DNA from: Raillietiella orientalis
Taxonomy: Eukaryota
Length of the DNA stretch: 64,000 nt
Assembly (NCBI GenBank): GCA_036172245.1
Contig: JAYWIR010000004.1
Span: forward strand, 2,418,001-2,482,000
Direction: 5' to 3'
The position numbers and the translations under genes were made by a program. This document shows, in pieces, positions 10,639 to 23,800 of this stretch (position 1 is the first letter of the stretch; each line of letters begins with the position of its first letter). The notes under the pieces were generated by a model that worked only from the letters and a program-made list of their open reading frames with translations, had not been told where the DNA came from and did not search any database.

Positions 10639-13274
10639 ATGACTCCCAATCGACTGATACAGGAAAACTCTTCCTATTTACAGCAGCATGCTTACAATCC
10701 TGTGGATTGGTAATTTTTATTGCATAAGAAATAGATTTTTTTTTTTTTAATGTTGTGAATAAATTTTGCGAATTCGCATCATTTTAGATTATGTAATTAT
10801 TTATATTCCTCCTAATTTCAGGTTTCCTTGGGGGGATGAAGCATTTCAAAAGGCTAGAAAAGAAAACAAAATAATTTTTTTATCGGTTGGTTATTCTACT
10901 TGCCATTGGTGTCATGTTATGGAGAAAGAAAGCTTTGAAAATCATGAAATTGCTCAGATCATGAACGAGAATTTTATTAATATCAAAGTTGACAGGGAAG
11001 AAAGACCTGATGTTGATAAATTATATATGAGTTTTGTTCAAGTATGACTTACCTTATTAAATTCAAGTGACTTTAATTCAAACAATCCTGTCATGCAGGC
11101 ATTTTCAGGGAGAGGTGGATGGCCCATGAGTGTTTGGTTAACTCCAAGTTTGAAACCATTGTATGGTGGAACATATTTTCCACCAGCTGATCAAGTTGGA
11201 ATGCTTGGATTCAAATTTGTATTGCTTAGCATTGCCAAACAAGTAGGATGCTGCACAAAAACAAAATGGGAAAATGAGCTAATCTGTCTAGTGGAAGAAG
11301 AGCCAAATGCATTTAGAAGAATTGAGTAGTCAGATTCTCAGAGATTTGATTCAGCAGCCTCAGTTCATTAATGTTGATCAAGAGTTACCTCCTTTACTTA
11401 CTGTTGATAAATGTTTTCAAATGCTACAACGTTCATATGATAAAGGCAATGGAGGCTTCAGTTCTTCACCTAAATTTCCGCAACCAGTGAACATTAATTT
11501 TCTGCTTTGTTATGCTTCCTGTTCAGAAAATGTGAAAAAGCAAGAGGAATGCATGCAAATGTGCAAACAGACACTAACCAAAATGGCCAATGGAGGCATC
11601 TATGATCATATTGGTCAGGTAATTTGTACGGACAATGGTTAGATTGTTGGCCAGGGCTTTTCCAGATACTCTACTGATGCTTATTGGCATGTTCCCCATT
11701 TTGAAAAGATGTTGTATGATCAAGCACAACTTTTGAGCATATATGCACGAACTTATCAAGCAACAGGTGAAGCTTTATTTGCTCGTGTGGCTCAAGGCAT
11801 TTATGATTACATCATCCGGGATTTGAAAGATGAAGTAGTTCCTAATATTTTCCAACATCACATTTTGTGTATTATTAGTCAGGAGGATTCTATTCGGCAG
11901 AAGATGCAGATTCACTACCTCAGATTGATGCAACTGAAAAGAAGGAAGGGTCATTCTATGTATGGACTGAAGGAGAAATTTCCGATATGTTGCATGATTC
12001 GCTCCCTGATTCTCAAGTGACTATTGCTGAAGTTTTCTCTTTGTATTATGGTGTTAAAAAGAATGGCAATGTGTCTGCTTCTGGGGTATGGAATTTTGTC
12101 TCCAGTTTTGATGTAGTTAAACTTGTGAAGGATCCCCATGGAGAATTAAGGAATCAGAATGTTTTGCACGTGAAATATAGTGTGGATGAAGTGGCAAAAC
12201 AGGTGTCATTGCCGCCAAATGTAGTGGAAGAATATTTGGAAAAAGGTCGTCAGAAGCTGTGGTTGGCTCGTCAGAATCGACCACGTCCACATAAAGATAA
12301 AAAGATGATAGCATCCTGGAATGGACTTTTGCTTTCTGGATTATGTCATGCATATGCATGTCTAAAAAATTCATGTTATCGACAAGCAGCAGTGCAACTT
12401 GCAACTTTTCTGCAAACTCACCTTTTTGATAATGTGCAGCAGATTTTGTTTCGCAGTGCTTATGCTGGCAGCCAGTCTGTTGATTTCAAGTAAGTGTCAA
12501 CTATCTAATAATTTTTTTATTTTAGTATATTATATTTTGACCCTAGAAAGTCAGATGTGCCTGGGTTTGTGGATGACTATGCTTTTTGTATTTGTGGCTT
12601 GTTAGATCTTTTTGAGATCACTTTCGATTTTTGTTGGTTAGAATGGGCCTGGAGATTACAGCAAAAGCAGGATGAATTATTTTGGGATAATGAACTTGGG
12701 GGCTATTTTCTGTCAGCAGCAGCTGATCCATTCATCCTTGTGAGGATGAAAGAAGAACAAGATGGTGCTGAACCATCTGCTAATTCTGTATCATTGAGTA
12801 ACTTATTGAGGCTATCATCAGTGTTGTGTTGGGAAGAAGGACGTTCAAAGGCACAGAAGATCCTAATTGCATTTGCTCATCATTTGAACCAGTCTCCTAT
12901 TATACTGCCTCAAATGGTTGTTGGCCTGATGTGGTATTACTATTCCACCACACAGGTGAGTAGCTTTTTCGTTGATCTAATGTTGTCTCCAGATTGTAAT
13001 TGTTGGTCATCTCTCCCAACCTGACACCCAATCTCTTCTGGAAGTTGTCTATTCCTCGAAACTATACTTTAAAGTTCTGATTCATTTGGATCCTGATAAT
13101 TTGCCTACATTTTTGATAAGTCATGTGCCATATTTTCGTGATTTTCTGAAGAAAGGAGATCATGCTACTGCATATGTGTGTAGGGATCGTTCATGTTCAC
13201 TACCACTTGTGTGTCCAGTTGAATTAGAAAAGCTTCTTAAAAGCAAATCATTAAGAAACAACACATCCGACTAA
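10639..13274 (+). CDS. SPATA20: SPATA20/YyaL-family protein (thioredoxin-like DUF255 plus six-hairpin glycosidase-like). Exons 10639-10709, 10822-11041, 11099-11242, 11292-11618, 11655-11834, 11879-12085, 12131-12489, 12547-12955, 12993-13274; about 732 aa. The true start may be further upstream.
   Basis: [96 protein letters not shown] and DGAEPSANS. Exons sum to 2199 nt in frame. Confidence 0.96.
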
Positions 13275-13489
13275 TGAAGATTAGTTTCTTTGATCAGTGC
13301 GTATTTTCTCATCTTTTCAGTGCATAAGAATGATGCTTTTTTCTTTGTTTTATAAAAAGCACTGAGGTCCTCTTCTTTGTTGGTTTATCCTTTAGGGATC
13401 ATTGATGGTATTCAAAAGGGATCATGATCTTATGGATCTGTTCCCGATCAGCTTCGTTGCAAATGATTTTCAATTAACAAATTTGTTTA

Positions 13490-13499
13490 AATAAATAAA
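13490..13499 (+). terminator. Putative polyadenylation signal of SPATA20
   Basis: Overlapping AATAAA hexamers about 215 nt after the stop, followed by T-rich sequence. Confidence 0.5.
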
Positions 13500-14399
13500 A
13501 AAGTTAAATATTAGAGTTATTTTATTTTTTCATTTCATATGCATACAAAAAATTAGTAGCATTTTATTAAAAAATTGGGCTTCTTCAAAGTGGTTAAGCG
13601 GAGTGCCAGTTTTTATCTTTCTAGAATCCATAATCAACCTCTTTCATGACTATTATATATTGCCACGTATACCGTGAAGTGCACAATACTTCATGGTATA
13701 CATGGTTTTTATTTGATAATCTGTTAGAATTTCAATGAAATTTATGCTCAAATGTGCAGTTGATATTGAGTCAGTATCAGTCAAATTACTGATCAATTTG
13801 ATTGAGCATGGAATGGAATAGAATGAATCCAAGACTTAAACCCAATTGTTAGTTCCTTTGTTTTGTATTGGGTGTGACAAAATTTTCATGATGTGTGGGT
13901 TCAACCTAATTGTTGTCAAACTAATCACCATTAAGTAAATAGTAACAGAAATCAGTTGCATGCATTTCTGAGAAGAAAAGCAGTTATCAACAAGAGAACT
14001 CGAGGATTAAGGGAGTCTTCCAGACATGTTGTAGCTTGCTCTCGGTGGAGTGGTACACAGCAATGCAAACATCAGAACAAAATAAACAAAGAGAATCCAT
14101 GTATCTAAGTGTAAGCAGTGTTGATTTGTCTGTGATTGTTTGCATATCACTCCAGAGTAATACATAATAATTAATGAAACTGGTAAGCTGTACATGGAGA
14201 TTTTGGCTCCTTTATATAAGGTTGCTGTATGAAGGATGAATGAGATGAGTTTGAATAGTAATATCAAGCACGGTATGCATATGTATGTTTTTTCATTGCT
14301 GCATAATATAATTAGGACCTTCATTCGCGAAGCAGTTCGTTTCCAAGCGGAATGTCTTTATTAATCAACAGGGTTGCGTTTTTTTCGAGGCCGATTTCT

Positions 14400-16400
14400 G
14401 CGTAAGCATTGATCAAGCACTAGATGCACTGGTTTCCAGCTTAAGATCTGATTGGAAACAGACCGAGAGTTTTCGGCTCGTGGAAGGCGTATTTCTCCGG
14501 CCTATTCTCTGCTGAGCTCAAAGTTTCTTATGTGTGGGTTGTCAAACGTTTTTTTTCTGATCCGAAGCGTACACAAATTTCATGCTTGGGGTTCCACGCG
14601 ATCCTGATTTTACTGAACAAGTAAAGTTTCTCATAGTAAAGTGAATAAATTTATACCCCAAAAAGAACAATTGAAACAAAAGATGGAACACAATATTTGT
14701 CCAGTAGCTGAGGAATCTGTATTTGTCTTTATTCGGAGAACTCGAAAAAAGAAAAAAAGAATTCATCATTCAGTAACACGTAGTAAGAATATTCACTCAG
14801 TGGTGGGACGGGTAATAATCACCATCGAATGCATTGTGATGTTTAGACGAATAACAGTACAGTACAGTAAGCAGTCCCTAGAGACCTGGTCACTTTATTC
14901 CCTTGGGTTGCTTGTTTCTGCAATTGCCATCTAGCAAGTAAACACCATAAGTTTGGGAGACAGCTAGCCTTCAAGAAGAATAGGTTCAAAGTTTGACACA
15001 AGAACCAAAGGTTCTGGTAAAACTTAAAAGCATGGGAGAGTTCTCAAATCTATTTAAAGAACCTCCAGCTATCTTGAAAAGGAAAGAGCTGGCTCTTTCC
15101 TCTTGTCAGCAATCAAACAAGGCTTCGAACAGCATCTGCAAACAAGTCGATTGCTTATCAAGGTAACACAGTGAATCATATTGGAAAACTCTTGGAAGAC
15201 TGTTTCAAAAAGTGATACTTATGCTCTTAAGGTCAACGAATTGGCAGAGCAGGACCTTCTTTATCACGGAGACTAAGCCACTGAGCCGAAGTTCACGAAA
15301 GTGATGGTTTCTGCTGTTGCGAGCTTCCCCAGATCAAGAGATTGCTCACGTTTCCAATAACTTTATGAATAAGTTTAGGCGAACTTCGCCAGTGGCACGG
15401 TTTATAAACAGATTTTAGAAGCAATAGAATAATGTATATGTCCATTGTGTTCCAAATCAAGGGGCTTTGATTTGCCCACATAGCTGATAATGGCTTGAAT
15501 GTGCGTTAGGTGGAACTGTAAGATCAATGAATTTTATCAGAGTTCTCCATTATAAACGAATGTACCTGAGGAACACTAAGAAGGATGGATGCAGCTTTGA
15601 AAATCCATTGTATATTAAAGTTTGTCGGTTAATAACGGGTCGTATCTTAGTGTCTCGAGTGCGTGATCCAAAAGTTGAATCATAAAATATCTGCGAGCTT
15701 AACGCAATCACGTAACTCATTTCCACGAGCTGTTGGAGCTCTTGGGTGACACTGACGAAGAACTTTGCGAACAAGTACTCCCGGGAAGAACATTGGATAT
15801 AGTTCTCTTGTAAATGACTCCCTTTACTCTAGATGAGGTGTTCATGTTGCTGAGAAGAGCGGTTAATTCCTCCCCCTACTATTGACGGGATTACCTACTT
15901 TCCGGATGGTGGATGGTCGATCCGAAGGCAGTGATTTTGACTCGATTTTCAACATGTCATTGAAGGTGCGTCAGGTTCCGGCTGCATGAGAGTGTGCGAT
16001 CGAGCGGTCCTTTTTCCGAAGACTGTGCCATCCCTGGATGCTTTTGAATGGAGATCGATTTGAATAGGCAACAGCGTCCACAGGCTATATACCAAGTGTG
16101 TGTCGAGAGAATATTCAGGGAATGGATCCTTGAGCTCGGAATGATCTGCCTCCAGCAGAAAGGTACATTGCCTTGTGATGGGGTGTTTAGTCAGAGCTTC
16201 GTTTTGCAAACCCGTCTGGATACTACGAGGCGCCGGTGCAGTGCCGGTACATGCCAGGATACCGGCATGGTCTTTAAAGACTTTGCCAACTCATTTGGCA
16301 CCATTTCCAATAGCAATAGCTCATCGGTGCGAAGGCACGTTCAATAAGTTATCCTTGTGAAAAAATGAGCAAAGGAAATCCACAGACCTATCCATTCACT
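14400..16400 (-). mobile_element. Decayed L1/Tx1-like LINE, RT region
   Basis: LPG..LFAKFF (PG.DGL..EF), KIRPVINRQTLIYNGFSK (RPISLL...YK..K) and LLLLKSVYKPCHW (D..KAFD.V.W), in order. Confidence 0.5.
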
Positions 16401-16799
16401 TCGCCTTTTGAAATGACCCCTTAAAAAGCATACAGAAGAATATAGCTGCAAGAGAAAAAAAAAAAAAACTTTAAAATGCCTATTGTAATTTTCATTTCTG
16501 CGTTGCAGTCCACATTTTTATATCTCCCTCTAATTATGCTTCCTCAATAGCTGTGACTTGCAATTTTGAAATCGAACTCACATGTTGAATTATCAATCAA
16601 TAGTCTGCGCTTCCCTTTCGTTATTTTTGCGATTCCTCTCCCCCCTGAAAGGAAGAAGATCTTTTGATCATTGAGAAATGCTCTTGCTAATTGGGTTTAA
16701 TCGTTTTTATGGCTGCAACAGCAACAATAACAAGCAACAAGATGCCGTCAGTAATATTGGCTCCACATCTTCTGATTACTGGAAGGATTTTGCTATGAA

Positions 16800-18000
16800 C
16801 TGATCACTTTCGGCTGCCAAAACTGGAATTCTCGGTTCCAATGTCTTCACAGGTACATTGCTGACCATGGAACAGAAAACCGTCTAATAGCTAGAGGAAT
16901 AGTAAGAAGTTCGTATCTTTGCGGAATACAAACTCAGCAGTGACACCATATCTGCAATGCAGCTTTGCAACACAGAACCCTGAAACATGGGTTGTAGGCT
17001 GGAGATGAGCTGAATCAAATGCTAACCTACCGGAGAGACTGAAGAAACAGATCATCAATACCACAGGCACTCCTCGAAAGAAAATCCTCGAGTTCCTGAT
17101 TTGCAGCTGAGATGCTGCAGCTGCGAGAACTTCCATGGAGTTCTCAACTCACGCGCAAACATGAAAATCCTCTTTTCGCTTTCGTCCTGGTGGTCCGAGC
17201 AGTTTGTCAATCACAAACAAGCAAAGGTGGAGCGGACAGTTTCCAGCAGTAACGGGGAGGACCACACGGCGGCCCTGAACATAGGGTGAACGGGAAATAA
17301 GTTTAGGGAGGGAATAGATAAACAAATGAGGGCGGAAGAAGAGATGGAAAATGAGTGAGCGCTTGGTCAGCAGAGTCTGCGTCAAGAGGGAGGGCTTTCA
17401 GAGTGGAAGGGTGCTCAGGCACAGCATGAGAACCACAGGCCTCCTGCAAACGGTTTTCCTCAGTTGGACTCACCTGGTTCGTATAAACGTAGTAATGCGG
17501 ACGATAGGCGTCTCATCTCTGCGGCGGTGTTCCTTCTTTTCTTTCTTCGGAGCACCCCAATGGGCTCGTCTCCGCGACACTGCACTGGATCATGGGAACA
17601 CCGAAGTAAATTTCCTGCCTCATCAGTACCGTGGGTGATCCGGAAGCTCCACTATCCCCCTCTATCCAGGAACCTTTGCAAGTGAGGGTGGGGACGTTCC
17701 AACAAGCCTGCGGGCTTGGGGCTGACTGAATCTCTCGGAGGACGGTTGCCGGGGATCTCCCAGTGCATGATCAGGAGCGTCGTTTGCTGCTTTGCCATCG
17801 TTTGCTCTGGTGCCAGCACAAGACATGCTCCACAAAGAGTTGACCCCAGAGTGGCGATTGCAGATTCGAGGTGCCTTCTTCCTCGCCGTAGTTTGCATCA
17901 TAGTAGCTGCACTCTCTAAAAGTATGTGGGAAAATATGAGCTCAGCTCAATTCAAGTTTGCGGTTCCATCTTGTGCTAAAAATAGCCTTTCTTCCTGATT
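16800..18000 (+). mobile_element. Decayed LINE RT fragment
   Basis: ERLVSRVCVKREGFQSGR (RL...Q.GF..GR) and FSFFGAPQW, followed by corrupted GxxQG-SP and YADD regions. Confidence 0.4.
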
Positions 18001-18599
18001 CGATTCGATTTGCTCCAGATTTTGAGGCAAAATGAAAAGAGAAAGAGATCAAAGCAGGCTTCTCACCTAGCAGCCAAAAAAAAAAAAAAAAACTGGAAGA
18101 TGAAAAAAAAAAAAAAAATGGAGCGAGAAAAGATAAAAACTCAGTCGGAGGTGAAGTTCCCGTGCTTGCACCGACGAAGAATTCGATTTCGTGTTCTCGT
18201 AGAGAAATCAAAAGAAGAAAAAGTAATCAAATAAGCAGTCTGAATGCCTTCGGTGTGAGACGTTTCAACTTTTCAGAATACATCATCTGCGGAGTGGTCA
18301 TCAACATTCTCTAGCCACGTAGAGGAACTGCTGGAATACAAAAGTGACCCTGCACAAATGGCCTCAAACCAAGGTTTATCTTTCCATATCAAACATGCAG
18401 ACAGTAAGGTTGCTTGAGAATCGTGGGGATGCCCGAAATCCCCAAGTTTGATTTCTACGATTTCCTGAGGTGATTTGAAAGATTAGGAATGCTTCAAGAT
18501 TTTCAAGTCTCGGGGAAGTTTCCACAGCTTCCACCATGCCCTCATCTGTCGTGCTTCAGCGTTGCTTCCTGACTCTCCCGCTCAGGGACTCAGCTGAAA

Positions 18600-21500
18600 T
18601 GAACATTCATTGAGGAGGTTCTAGAAGCACGACTTAAGGGACGCTGACACTCAGGTCGGTAGCTCAGAGGAAAACGCTCACAGCAAGACGGAGTTGAGCG
18701 GGTCACGGGGAAGGAACAATAAATGAACAAGTAGGAAAGCAGAGACACACGAAACAGGGAAACGCCGTGAGCAAAGGTTTATTGTCTGCGGGATGGAGCT
18801 CATGGAGTAAAGAGGGTCACCGGGTTTCCATGCGACGTCTTCCTTAGAGCCTTCCCGCAAGCCGGGGGAGCGTCCCCTTGGATTTCGGGACGGAGGTGAG
18901 GTCATCTTGCCACCCTCTGCATCACAGACGGGATGATGCGACTGGTCGTTCCCCAGCGCTTCCGTCGTGCCACCAAGTGGCGATTCGAGACGGCTGCTTG
19001 GACGGTGCAGCGCGGCGTCGCCAGCGGCCGAAGCCTTGTAGCATCAAGGACCGCCGCAGAAGCGGTCGAAGGGAGAGACCCCGATCTCAGTAGGGCTGCT
19101 GTAGTCCGTTGCCTTCCGTTGTGGTGGTCCAGAAGCAGGTGAGGGGAGGTTCAGCAGCAGCTCCACGCACCTGGTACACTTCGGGCAAGACGCGTTCCCT
19201 GCCTACCCGTGATGCCGTCAAAAGGGGAGCTGGGCTGGGGGGGAAGCTCAAGAGCAAGAAAAGTGCCACGCATGCTGCCACCAAAGGGGGAGCACCGAAC
19301 CGACGGGGACCACCAGCGCGTCCTGGGAGATGTCGAGATTGTCTGTCCACCGGTGCAACTTTTGGGCGCGAACTCTCGGTGTCGCGGAGTCCAAAAGTTC
19401 CCAATCCGACCAACCACTTATCAGTTTACTGACTCCTGCCACGCTGCAGGAGACCTCTCTTACCTAGACGGCTGGCCACTGCCATCACTTATCCATAGGA
19501 AAGACCGCCTCTGTGGCTAGAGGGACTGACGGTGATGCGCAATCGCTTGTTGGGATCTCGTCGTACCTCCTGCAGGGGCACCGCTCCAAGATGTTGGGCG
19601 GGACGGAGCAGTTCCGGGCTGGTCTGCAAGTACCGCATCCACGCATTCGCAGCTTCCTGAGCCACGGACTGCAATCGCAGCGGCAGGAGCCTGCAGGAGA
19701 TTCATGTGCGTTTTCTCAGCAGGAAAATGGAGTCCTTCGAAAGAAATCCCAAGTCATGCAACTTGTGGTTTTGGGAGACGAGAGAAGCCGCTTCCTCGCA
19801 ACCGACTGCGAGCCGAAGGATGCTACGTGAGAGGAGACACCACTGTTCATTCCGCTGACGGCCATTAGTGTCAACCTGCGACAGTGGACCTGAGTTTCCA
19901 GTTCCTCAAGCGTCAGCATGCCGAGTATGGCATTGCTATGTGGAGCGAAGAGGTCTTCAGGACTCACCCGCGCCTGCTGCTCTCCAAAGAGATTTCCGGA
20001 GAAGTCCCCGCCCTACGAGGCGAAAAAGAGAACACTTTTTCGCCTCGTAGATCGTGGAAATGAAATGAAAACCAGGGACGGAAAAAGGGGGACGGCAAGA
20101 GTGTTCCAAATTGCAGCGCTCCCGGGGAAAGGAAACTTGCCGCTTGGGAACAGCCCGGGCATTTTCGCCTTCCGGAGGCAACCATGCCATGCATCTGTGA
20201 AGCAGAAGCCGCCCGTCCATGGGCTCAACGAGGCACTAGAAGGTGAAGTCCACGGGGATCTTGGCTGCCCTTCTCACGATGCTGCAACGGGACGACCATC
20301 GGCTTCGTTCTGTTCACTCTCATGCCTCCTCCAGCTCCAGGAATTCCTCTAGAAATGCCTCCGTGTGTACATTGGTAACAGAAGAAGCAGATCATTCGCG
20401 TAGGTGCATAAGATCGATATAGCGAGGAGGAGGACGGAGGGCTCGCCAAGGTCCTCCGAAACCCATTCACCAAATGGAAGCACGCACCGAAGAACAACGG
20501 CAGGAGTCTGTCTGGCTGTTGGATCCATCGCCGCACGGGTTCTCTGTACACATGGCAGCCGCTGAAACAAATGTTGACAAACGTGTCTCGCCTCACGGAG
20601 CTCAGGTAAGCAGCAGGGTGGTCGGGAATTCAAGACGGGCCAGGAACTCCCAGAACGGTTCCCAGTTGAAAGTAGTCGAAAGTCTTTGCAACGCTGACCG
20701 CCATTGCCCGGGTTCCCAACTCTGCCTGCCATTCGTTGCCGCCCTTGTTCGAGGCGGGCAGGTCATTCGAAGCCTCGCAGCTGTCGAGCGCGATGCGATG
20801 CTGCGTTGCGAACGAGGTCCGCTTGCGGAACAGGCGCAAGTCCGTTCCTGGCAGATCACGGAGTCAGTCACCCGCTCCCGTTTCGCCTTCCCACTTTGGA
20901 AAGCAAATCGGACGCCGAGTTGCTTCACGACAGTGATCAGGCTGTGCAAATTTCCTCCCTCTGGGAGAAGACGAACCCTCGCCGGTAGGAAGGATGCAGG
21001 CGTGTCGCCCGCCGCCCTGCTCAGCTCCATCAGCTGCCGCAAGGAGACTCGGTTGTGACTCGGTTCCGCAGAGAAACTCTGGCAAAGCCCCACTGTCCGG
21101 CAGCCCTTCCCCGGTAACCAGGATTTAAAGATTTCATCCATCGCGACAGGCTCGTCGCAGGTAGCGTGTCGCCCCTCCTGCATGGAGGGGGAGCCTTCCG
21201 GCAGCAGCTGCTGTGCGGAGTCTCGCTCCGCGGATTTGCGTCCATACAGGCGGATCTCGGCCGGAGACTGTAACTCGTGACCTCGGCTCGTCCAGAAGGT
21301 CTTGGACTGCCACGTTTGCCTCTCGGCTCTGGGTCGACATTCCGCCAGCCGACGAGTCTCCGGAAAAGCGAGCGTGCATGGAAGAAGGTGCTGCTGTTGT
21401 GCACTCCTTTCCCGAAGCTCGTGGACAGTCGGTGGATGGGAAAGTGAAGATACAACTTCCGGATGGCGCCCTTGAAACATCTTCCATCCCCAAGTCTGTA

Positions 21501-22550
21501 GATGGCAAGGCCACGGAAGATACTGCGGAGGATCCTCTCCGCTTCCGATTGGCTTAGCCAGTCTCGTGGTGGCCTCCAGATATTCATGAAAGGCCCCCTC
21601 GCAGGCGGTTCCTAGCTCGAGCTCAATCCTGGGACGACCGGACAGTGTTGACCTTTGGTTCGCTTTGCACTCGACCCGAAGGCACAGGTGGCCGTCCAAA
21701 AAGGCGTGGCTCAACGGAGTACGGCACCCCATGTTCGTGGGCCACCAGGTTAGCTGCGTTCACGGACGCTCACAAATGGTTGACTTGAGATCGCTGATTC
21801 CGAATCCAAGAGTCATCAGATGGTCGGAGCATGTTAACTCGCCCGCTATCAGGTGCGCGACCTCGTGGCCAGAGGCGGAGAGCGACTACGTGGGGAGTGC
21901 ATTGACGTGCGGAGCATTTGCTGCTATCAGGTCGATCGAGTTGGACCGCTTGACGACAAACCGGCCCGTCCGACTTCTTCTGCCGAAGCGAATGTCCCTG
22001 TCCGGGATCGTAGGTCTTTACCAGGAATCCGACTCTTCAGGAATGCGGGGAGCTGCACTTCCGGCGTGGAGTCGCTCCCGTGCCCCACTCAATTTCTGCC
22101 TCATTCGATGGATTTCCTGCAGGTGGACCAGGTCGAAGGGGTGCAGCGCGCTAGCTACAGCTCTCTCGTCGTCATGGCGTAACCCGTTGGTGTTCCTCGA
22201 GGCCATACGCAGGTGACGAGGGGACGAGGCAATCCGTTGCCTTAGGGCAGGGAAGGCAAGGCGAAGTTTCCCACCTGAAGCGCCCGCGGGTGGCGTTTCC
22301 CGGGCTCGCGGGACGCAGTGCGTTTTCCCTCGTCCTTTTCACGTCCATCTGCTCACCGGACGACTCCAGCCAGCGTTTGCCAATGCAGGGAAAGCATGTC
22401 TGCGTTTTCACAAGGAGATGGTGACCTTGATCGATCGTTGCGTTCCCCTTTCGCGTCTTCGGTGGGCGCCTTTTTAGCGGACAGCACGAGACGTCTTTCT
22501 CAAGAACGGCCTCCGAGACGTCCACTCTGCACTCTGTGACCTATAGTGCG
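18600..22550 (-). mobile_element. Near full-length decayed L1/Tx1-like LINE (ORF1 end, APE, RT, zinc finger, 3'UTR)
   Basis: TCFPC knuckle; MASRNTNGLR...FDLVHLQEIH; LIAANAP; LIAGE; AVSVAKTFDY; PVRRWIQQPDRLLPLFF; LCTYANDLLLL (YADD); GAAAE/SPHLLL. Its 3'UTR resembles that of the 6528-7145 element. Confidence 0.85.
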
Positions 22551-23559
22551 GGATCGAGCGTTCTTTGCTGACACAGCGCCTCCTTGTGCTGGGCTTGCTG
22601 CGCTGCTGGGAGGGGCGGGGGCTGGGGGGGGGAGGGACTACCGCGCCGTCGCGTCTTCCGCGGCGACGCAAAAGCCCTTCAGCTATCTTTTTGTTCCTTC
22701 TTCCTCATCAACTTTATCCTCTTTTTCCTCTGCGTGTTCCACGGGTTCGGAATGGTGCTGATGGGTGGTGGATACCTCCTCTATCTTTCCTTTATTATCC
22801 CCCCTCTCTCTTTTTTCCCCCTTGTCCACTCAAGAGGTAAGCTTGATGCAAACCTTCTGACCACATTGCGGACAGTCGTTGGAAGGGATCGTCATTTCTT
22901 GACCTGTTTCGCTTCACCTTTTTCCTTCCCATATACTACGGGGACATGGAGGTTCCATCCGCCTACGGCGTATGGAGAAGAATCGCCTCGAATGAGATGC
23001 CCGTTTTCGATCCAGCAAAAGGGATGGAGGCCTGCTCCTCAAGGGCTATCAGCTATTTGCGGGTTCTCTGCCCAAAGCAGGATGTCCCTGAGGTGGACTC
23101 AGGTGGGAGCGGTCCACCGGAGAGGGTGAAACCTTTCCACCCGCCCAGGACCAGCGGCGGGCGCTGAGTGAATGCCGGATGCCAAGCAGGAGAGCTCCCA
23201 TGCGTTGCTCTCGCTCACAGGCACCAGGGGAGACGAGATCCCTCTTTCCCACCCGTGAGGCCCAAGCCCTCTTCCGAGATGCCTCAGGGTTTCTTCTGCA
23301 CCCGACTGACCGACCCGTTATCAGAGGCGGGATTGAGGGAAATCCTTTTGGGTTATTCCTTACAGCTTTTTTCTTTTCTTTCTGGTTCGATAGGTGATCA
23401 AGAACCGTTCGTTCAGGGGCTCAAGAATCTTTTTTAGTTCCACCCGAGGGTGAGTGGAACTCTTCAAGTTCGAGAGACCACCTTTGAGTCCAGGAAGGAC
23501 TCCGAAGGAAGGAACCTTTTCTTCTCATTCTTGGGAGAGGGAACCTCGCTGATTGTTGT

Positions 23560-23800
23560 CCTTGAAGGGAACCCCGGAGGAAAGCACTCCTTCCTTATTC
23601 TCTCCGGAGAGGCCCCGGGAGGAAAGGTCACTTCTCATTTCTTCTCCGCAGGGAACCCCGAAAGAATCCAAACCTGGAATTTCTTCTGCGGAGGGAGCTC
23701 CCGGGAAGGGAACAGCTCCTTGTTTCCTTCTATGAAGAGAACCTCGAAGGGACGCTTCCCAATTTATCTGAAGGGTCGCTCCCGAAGGGAGCAGTGCAAT
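23560..23800. repeat. Degenerate tandem repeat, about 6 units of about 42 bp
   Basis: Recurrent (g/a)aggga.ccc(c)gga..ga...ttc(t)tct(c)cg units. Confidence 0.55.

Noticed and set aside
14007..14324. Hydrophobic 105-aa minus-strand ORF
   Set aside because: It has no recognisable motif, and its composition is explained by AT-rich DNA.
18661..18669. AGCTCAGAG as a shared LINE target site (also at about 35505)
   Set aside because: At 18661 it lies inside the element's homologous 3'UTR and has no partner copy. A 9-mer can recur by chance.
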